From assembly GCA_030690215.1 (NCBI GenBank), contig JAUYHD010000011.1, forward strand, positions 1-55,030: a stretch of DNA of 55,030 bases. The letters run 5' to 3'. This document shows positions 49,817 to 55,030 of this stretch, piece by piece. The position numbers and the translations under genes are program-made. Positions within the stretch are counted from its first letter, which is position 1. Every line of letters starts with the position of its first letter. The notes below the pieces were generated by a model. That model worked only from the letters and a program-made list of their open reading frames with translations, did not search any database and was not told the DNA's origin. This stretch comes from a bacterium. Its GTDB lineage: Bacteria > Patescibacteriota > Minisyncoccia > 1-14-0-10-42-19.

Positions 49817-50010
49817 CATACATTCAGTATACCGTGCGCCAGAAGAATTTTGCAAAGTGCGCTGTTCTTAAAACGAGCGCCTTTAACATAATAGCGCAAG
49901 TTCAAAGTTCAAAACTCCCGCCAACAGCGACTCGCTTCGCCAAAGCTTGAGCGAGGCGAGGGCTCGCCCTGGGCGGCAAAAGTCAAAACTATATACACAA
50001 TTAATAATTA

Positions 50011-50478
50011 CTACCTTTGCGTTTTACGCTTTGGTTTTAAACTTTTAATTTTGCGCTTTGAGCTGATGTTTTTGTAAAAACGATCAAAAAATTTTTCTTC
50101 CTCCCGTCTCATTCGCTTTTCTTCTTTGACGCTCTGATGGTCGTATCCCTTCAAATGCAGAAGCCCATGGATATAGAGATATAAAAGACGCGCGTGGAAT
50201 GATTGCTTATACCGCTTTGCTTCTTTTTGTATCTGATCCTTGCCCAAAAGAATCTCTCCCGAATTTTTATCAAGCAGAAAAGAAAGGACGTTCAACGCAT
50301 GACGCGGCCCAAAACGATATTTTTTCCCCCTGCGTAATACGCGCCGAACACGGCGCATCTCATATTCCGAAACCAACGCGATACTCACATGGAAACGCTC
50401 CCCTATGATATGTTTTTTGACGGCTCTCCACGGCAACAAACGGTGTCTTTTTGCCGCGACGTTGAGTTCAATCGCCAT
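50011..50478 (-). CDS. ybeY: rRNA maturation endoribonuclease YbeY
   Basis: NVLSF, GEI, HGLLHLKGYDH. Confidence 0.92.
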   Translation of the reverse strand: MAIELNVAAKRHRLLPWRAVKKHIIGERFHVSIALVSEYEMRRVRRVLRRGKKYRFGPRHALNVLSFLLDKNSGEILLGKDQIQKEAKRYKQSFHARLLYLYIHGLLHLKGYDHQSVKEEKRMRREEEKFFDRFYKNISSKRKIKSLKPKRKTQR

Positions 50479-50944
50479 CGTTTTTTTCTTGGGAGGCAAG
50501 ATGGCTTCGCACCATCTCCGAGACCCGATCTCCGGACGCTTTTCCTTTCAGCACCGGCATAATTGCTTTCATAACATTGCTAAAATCAGCCATGCTTTTT
50601 GCATTCGCTTCGCGTATCCCCTCTTCTATCCGGGACTGCAATTCTTCATCGGACATTTCCGGAGGAAGATAAGAGGAAAGAATAGAAAGTTCTTTTGATT
50701 CTTTTTCTGCAAGGTCTGCCCGCCCTCCCTTTTGGAAACTTTCAATGGAATCCTTGCGTTTTTTCGCCTCGCCCTGCAATACCTCTATCACTTCCTCGTC
50801 AGAAAGCCCTACGTCTTTTTTTCGCAATTCAATTTCTTTATTTGTAATCGCGGAAGAAAGCATGCGTAACGCAGAAAGACGCGCCTCGTTTTTTTCTCGC
50901 AAGGCACTTTTTACGTCATCATGAATAGATTGTTTCAAACTCAT
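50468..50944 (-). CDS. GatB/YqeY domain protein
   Basis: KKRKDSIE-F-KGGR-DLA-KE, YLP. Confidence 0.92.
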   Translation of the reverse strand: MSLKQSIHDDVKSALREKNEARLSALRMLSSAITNKEIELRKKDVGLSDEEVIEVLQGEAKKRKDSIESFQKGGRADLAEKESKELSILSSYLPPEMSDEELQSRIEEGIREANAKSMADFSNVMKAIMPVLKGKASGDRVSEMVRSHLASQEKNDGD

Positions 50945-50988
50945 AGATATACAGGCACAATGGCGCTATATCGAGACGCTTGATACCG

Positions 50989-51243
50989 TTATCGTGTCCG
51001 TGTCTTCTTTTTTAACTTCCCTATCTTACGAAGATATGTGGACTCTTTGAGGCGCGCCATGCGGCGAAGCGCGGACTGTTTTCTCTTTTTGTGCGACAAT
51101 GGACGCGAACGAAATTGGTTTGAACGAGTTTTACGCACGATGCCCGCCTGTTGCGCTTTTTTTGAAAAACGGCGAACAAGCGCCCCGGGTGTTTCATTTT
51201 GGCGCCTCTTTACTTCTATAATTGTCGCGTTTTTTGTGCTCAT
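50989..51243 (-). CDS. rpsU: 30S ribosomal protein S21
   Basis: EVKRRQNE...LVRRFSKK...GIV; upstream of yqeY. Confidence 0.8.
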   Translation of the reverse strand: MSTKNATIIEVKRRQNETPGALVRRFSKKAQQAGIVRKTRSNQFRSRPLSHKKRKQSALRRMARLKESTYLRKIGKLKKKTRTR

Positions 51244-51607
51244 GCCAAAAATTAAGGATTACCGCTTTTCACTAATAATTACTTTATATTATAGCCGAGC
51301 GGGATGACTATAATTTTTGAGCACCCCCTCCTTTTAGACGCTATCAGCACTTCGACTGATTCGCTTGCGGAGACGCCCCCATGAACTTTTGAACTTTTTT
51401 AATTGCCGTTCCCTATCCCGCGCGTCCTTCTCGTTTTGATATGCTTCATACTATACGATGCCTCTTATATCTTTTTCTCTTGTATGCGTTTTTGCTCGCG
51501 CGCGCAAATCTTTGGTATATCCCGTATATAAATCCCCATTGGGCAGTTTTGCAAGATATACATAATACATAGCGCTCAAAAGGAGGGGGTGGAGGTTCTG
51601 CCGCCAC

Positions 51608-51949
51608 TCAGACTTCGTCTTCGCGGGCAGACTCGCTCCATCCGCCCATAAGGTGAAGATGCATATGGTCTATCAGCTGTCCTCCCTTTCGTCCTACATT
51701 AAACAATAATTTATATCCGTCAACATGCTTGTCCCGCGCGATATCCCGCGCTTTCAAAAGCATCTTTCCGAGCAACAAAGCATCCGCATCTTCTACTGTG
51801 TCTATTGAGACAATGTGCTTTTTCGGGACAATAAGAAGATGAACGGGCGCTTTCGGATGGATATCCTTAAATACCATCACTGTGTCATCTTCGTCAACAA
51901 TATCCGCTTCTTTTTCTTTATGAACAATGGAACAAAACAAACAAGTCAT
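51608..51949 (-). CDS. hinT: HIT family nucleotide-binding protein
   Basis: CLFCSI, DIHPKAPVH, GQLIDHMHLH. Confidence 0.93.
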   Translation of the reverse strand: MTCLFCSIVHKEKEADIVDEDDTVMVFKDIHPKAPVHLLIVPKKHIVSIDTVEDADALLLGKMLLKARDIARDKHVDGYKLLFNVGRKGGQLIDHMHLHLMGGWSESAREDEV

Positions 51950-52114
51950 TGTATGCCTTCGATACAAATATACTAATTATACTAATAATGCTAATTTACA
52001 CAAACTTCTTTTTAGCAACCGTGTCAATGCGCACAATTCTCATAGGTTTAAGGTAACGATTCCTAAAATTAAACAATAGCCCCAATTTTACATCTGCCGC
52101 CTGCAAGTATCGCG

Positions 52115-53569
52115 CTACTTCTTCTTTTTTTTCTTTAAATAGTCAAGAAGCTTTGATTGCGGAACGATTTCTTGCATGCCGGTTTCCATATCACGAACGA
52201 TAACTGTGTTATCAATCGTTTCCTTTTGACCGAGGATGATGGAATACGAAACGCCTAATTTGGCAGCAAATCCGAGCTGATTTTTTATATTGTCCTTAGA
52301 AAGAGACGACGCTACCGAAAGACGATTTTTGCGGAATTGCTCAAGCAACAATAAACTTTGCTGTTTTGCTTGCGGCCCAAGCTGTATCAAAAATACTTTC
52401 GGATTTTCTTTTTTTATACCTTTCCCTTTTTGCGAAAGCAATCCTTCTACAACCCGATCAAGACCGATCGCTCCCCCTACCGCCCCTTTCCATGCTTCCT
52501 CTTCCTCTGATTGCGGTTCTTGTATGCCTAAATCATACGCGAGCGAATCATATCTGCCACCGGACGCAAGCGCTAAAGGACGCCCCTCTTCTTTATGGGC
52601 CGGCTTTTCTTCTTTCTTGGGGGGAGGCGCGTCAGCTTCTTTGCTTTCTCCTCCTTCTATATCCGCGCTTTCCGAATCCGCGCTTTCCGAAACCTCTACG
52701 GGAACTTCTTCTTTTTTTTCTTCTGCGGTTTCCGTAAAAATTTCAAAAACAGTGCGGGAATAATAATCAAGCCCGCGAACAAGTTTGTGATCCAAAAAAT
52801 ACGGGATACTTGCTTTATCCAAAAATTCCAGCACCTCGCGGAAATGCTCCTTGCACGCATCACATGCATATTCAATACATTGCGGGGCGTCAGTTGCAAT
52901 CTCCTGGCACTTTTCTTCAACACAATCAAGAATGCGAAGCGGATTTGTTTTGAGCCGACGCCTGCACTCTGTACATAAATAATTCTGCTTTTTACGAAAA
53001 TGCGCCACCAAATCTTTTCGGTAGTCCTCCCTGCATGCCTTATCGCCAAGCGTATTTACGTGTACCATCATTTTTTTAAAACCAAGTTCTTCAAAAACCA
53101 GCATGAATAATCTGATAATCAAAGCGTCGGCAACAGCGCCTTCGGCCCCCAAAATCTCCAAACCGAATTGCCCGAATTCCCGATAGCGCCCTTTTTGCGG
53201 ACGCTCATGGCGAAAAAATGAACCGCTATAATACAGCATGACGGGTTGCGGCCAGGTACGCATACCATGCTGGATATACGCGCGCATGATGGGGGCCGTA
53301 CCTTCAGGGCGCAGCGTTAATGAGTCTTTCCCGCGCGTGCGAAATGTATACATCTGCTTCTCTACAATATCAGTCGCCTCCCCTACGCTTGTCGTAAATA
53401 ATTCGGTATGTTCAATATGCGGCATACGGATGGGACGAAAACCATAATATTCCGCGATTTCGCGCGCTTTCTCTTCAACCGCCTGCCACACCACAGCATC
53501 AAACGGCAAAACATCCCGAGTTCCTTTGGGATTTTGCAATAATTCTTTTTTGTTTTTTGATTTAGGCAT
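52115..53569 (-). CDS. hisS: Histidyl-tRNA synthetase with acidic insertions
   Basis: PKGTRD, LRPEGTA, FRHERPQKGRYREF, LVRGLDYY, GGRYD. Confidence 0.97.
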   Translation of the reverse strand: MPKSKNKKELLQNPKGTRDVLPFDAVVWQAVEEKAREIAEYYGFRPIRMPHIEHTELFTTSVGEATDIVEKQMYTFRTRGKDSLTLRPEGTAPIMRAYIQHGMRTWPQPVMLYYSGSFFRHERPQKGRYREFGQFGLEILGAEGAVADALIIRLFMLVFEELGFKKMMVHVNTLGDKACREDYRKDLVAHFRKKQNYLCTECRRRLKTNPLRILDCVEEKCQEIATDAPQCIEYACDACKEHFREVLEFLDKASIPYFLDHKLVRGLDYYSRTVFEIFTETAEEKKEEVPVEVSESADSESADIEGGESKEADAPPPKKEEKPAHKEEGRPLALASGGRYDSLAYDLGIQEPQSEEEEAWKGAVGGAIGLDRVVEGLLSQKGKGIKKENPKVFLIQLGPQAKQQSLLLLEQFRKNRLSVASSLSKDNIKNQLGFAAKLGVSYSIILGQKETIDNTVIVRDMETGMQEIVPQSKLLDYLKKKKKK

Positions 53570-53625
53570 GATAATAACTTAAAACTCAAAACTAAAAGCT
53601 CAAAGCCACATCTTAAAACTAAAAA

Positions 53626-54024
53626 CTAATTTTTCTTTTTAAGGGTTAATACGCTGGAGCCCAACATGCGGGATATTTCTTCAACCTCATTAAGCAACGT
53701 TCTTATTTTTTCTTTATCTGCGTCAGTCGCATCCCTCAATAACCCCAACCAATATTTTGTTTCGTTCGCTGATTTCAATGCGATGATATAAAATTTTATA
53801 AAATCTTTTTTAGAGCTGGACGATTTAGCTTCAACAATATTAGCGCCGATTGAGGTTGCGGAACGCAGTAATTGATCGGCGATGATCCAGTAGGTACGTT
53901 TTTGGGGTAATATTTCTAAAAATTTAATTACATCTATGGAGAAATAATAACAACGATACCGTAATTCGGTTTTACGCTTTGCGTTTTGGTTTTGAGTTTT
54001 TAGATTTGAGCTTTGCGTTAACAT
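53626..54024 (-). CDS. Four-helix-bundle protein (23S rRNA IVP/Avd-like), flanked by heptamer repeats
   Basis: QLLRSATSIGANIVEA, SKKDF, IALKSANETKYWL. Confidence 0.92.
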   Translation of the reverse strand: MLTQSSNLKTQNQNAKRKTELRYRCYYFSIDVIKFLEILPQKRTYWIIADQLLRSATSIGANIVEAKSSSSKKDFIKFYIIALKSANETKYWLGLLRDATDADKEKIRTLLNEVEEISRMLGSSVLTLKKKN

Positions 54025-54056
54025 ATTATATGACAGTCTACCGAAAGACAAAATTC

Positions 54057-54644
54057 CTATATACCAGGAAGAACACCTATGTCTCCCAATGGCCATAACC
54101 GCAAAAGTGCCCGCCCAATAATGAGGTTTTCCGGAAGCGTGCCCCATACGCGGGAATCAGAACTAAAATCGCGATTATCACCCAATACAAAATATTCGTT
54201 TTCTTCCAGCATCCATGTCCCATCCTGCTGATTTGCGTCTACGAAATCCGTTAACGGATCGGGAAATACGTCGCTTCCATTCGTAACTGATACCTTGCCG
54301 TCTCGGATGCGAACGGTATCGCCGGGAACGCCTATAATCCGCTTAATAAAGAATGTTTTCGGATCCCGCGGATACCGAAATATGATTACTTCTCCGCGCT
54401 CTGCCTCGCGCAGAAACCGATACGTAAATTCGTCAATAATTAAATAGTCGCTATTTTCAAACGTCGGCTGCATGGATTCGCCCCGCACAATAAATGGCTG
54501 CGCTACATACATCCGAATCGGCACAACAATAACAAAAACAATAGCAACAAACTTTAAAAAGGACAAGACGGAATAGAAAAACGACCTGCGGTTTTTGCTT
54601 GAATCGTTTTCTTGATATTCGTTCGTATTCTGTGGAGTATTCAT
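54057..54644 (-). CDS. lepB: Signal peptidase I
   Basis: GESMQPT, IKRIIG-PGD, GDNR-FSSDSR. Confidence 0.96.
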   Translation of the reverse strand: MNTPQNTNEYQENDSSKNRRSFFYSVLSFLKFVAIVFVIVVPIRMYVAQPFIVRGESMQPTFENSDYLIIDEFTYRFLREAERGEVIIFRYPRDPKTFFIKRIIGVPGDTVRIRDGKVSVTNGSDVFPDPLTDFVDANQQDGTWMLEENEYFVLGDNRDFSSDSRVWGTLPENLIIGRALLRLWPLGDIGVLPGI

Positions 54645-54654
54645 ATACTATAGC

Positions 54655-54845
54655 TAAAAACTCAAATCTAAAAACTCAAAACCAAAACGCAAAGCGTAAA
54701 ACCGAATTGAAACATCGTTGTATAAGTTTTGGGTTTTAGCACTGCGGTTTTCCCTCCGAAGGAAAATTCGCCTTCGGAGGAAACTTTTGAGTTTTGAGTT
54801 TTGAGTTTTGACTTTTGAGTTTTGAGTTTTGAGTTTTGAGTTTGT
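54655..54845 (+). pseudogene. Internally deleted, inverted copy of the four-helix-bundle unit with (TTTTGAG)n tail
   Basis: 54661-54708 is the exact reverse complement of 53963-54010; reads NSNLKTQNQNAKRKTELKHRC then decays. Confidence 0.7.
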
Positions 54846-55030
54846 ATGTAACCACCATACCACGAAAAAAGTCCCCGAGCAACAAAAAGCGGTAATGTGC
54901 AAGCACATATGGCGGTTTTCCCTACAATGGGGAAATGGCTATACATATGGCAAAAACAATTAAAGAGGAGCGACTACGATGGGTTCTGCCCATAGTCCAC
55001 AAGGAGATAAAGCTGGTCGATGTTGCGAAG

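Noticed and set aside
51316-51591. 14-bp inverted repeat CACCCCCTCCTTTT/AAAAGGAGGGGGTG about 250 bp apart, possible MITE
   Set aside because: Single copy, no target duplication seen, no recognisable content
52590-52740. Acidic/Pro-rich insertion in HisS as an intein or mobile insert
   Set aside because: Short low-complexity loop without intein motifs or hairpin ends
2134-53447. Numerous plus-strand ORFs overlapping conserved minus-strand genes
   Set aside because: Antisense shadow ORFs with no recognisable motifs
1-55030. Alternative genetic code (TGA=Gly, code 25)
   Set aside because: Conserved genes are intact under code 11 and TGA ends rplE and the ALDH gene at expected positions

Overview
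Fragment of a reduced bacterial genome, most likely Patescibacteria/CPR (Parcubacteria-like), genetic code 11; almost all genes are on the minus strand. The backbone is the str/S10/spc ribosomal cluster (rpsL-rpsG-fusA, a ~5 kb insert, then tuf-rpsJ to rplR, where it stops with no rpsE/rplO/secY). Other housekeeping genes are rpmB, rpsU, hisS, lepB, ybeY, ftsA, ftsZ, a class II ribonucleotide reductase, rarA and mgtE, plus two tRNAs and a greatly expanded RNase P RNA. Accessory genes include an amino-acid catabolic set, a DGR-target-like protein on a small island, a sigma70-DnaA_C fusion, an exonuclease-WYL fusion, a GIY-YIG nuclease and two four-helix-bundle genes. The most striking content is non-coding: a family of CCCCG...CGGGG-bounded hairpin elements (~40 bp and ~140 bp classes). 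Most have 4-bp target duplications; they show compensatory base changes, stack in tandem at -35 boxes, nest inside each other, insert at start codons, and one copy has its interior inverted relative to its ends. At both tRNA loci an intact tRNA sits inside a broken copy of the same tRNA. No mobilising enzyme for these elements is identifiable in the window.
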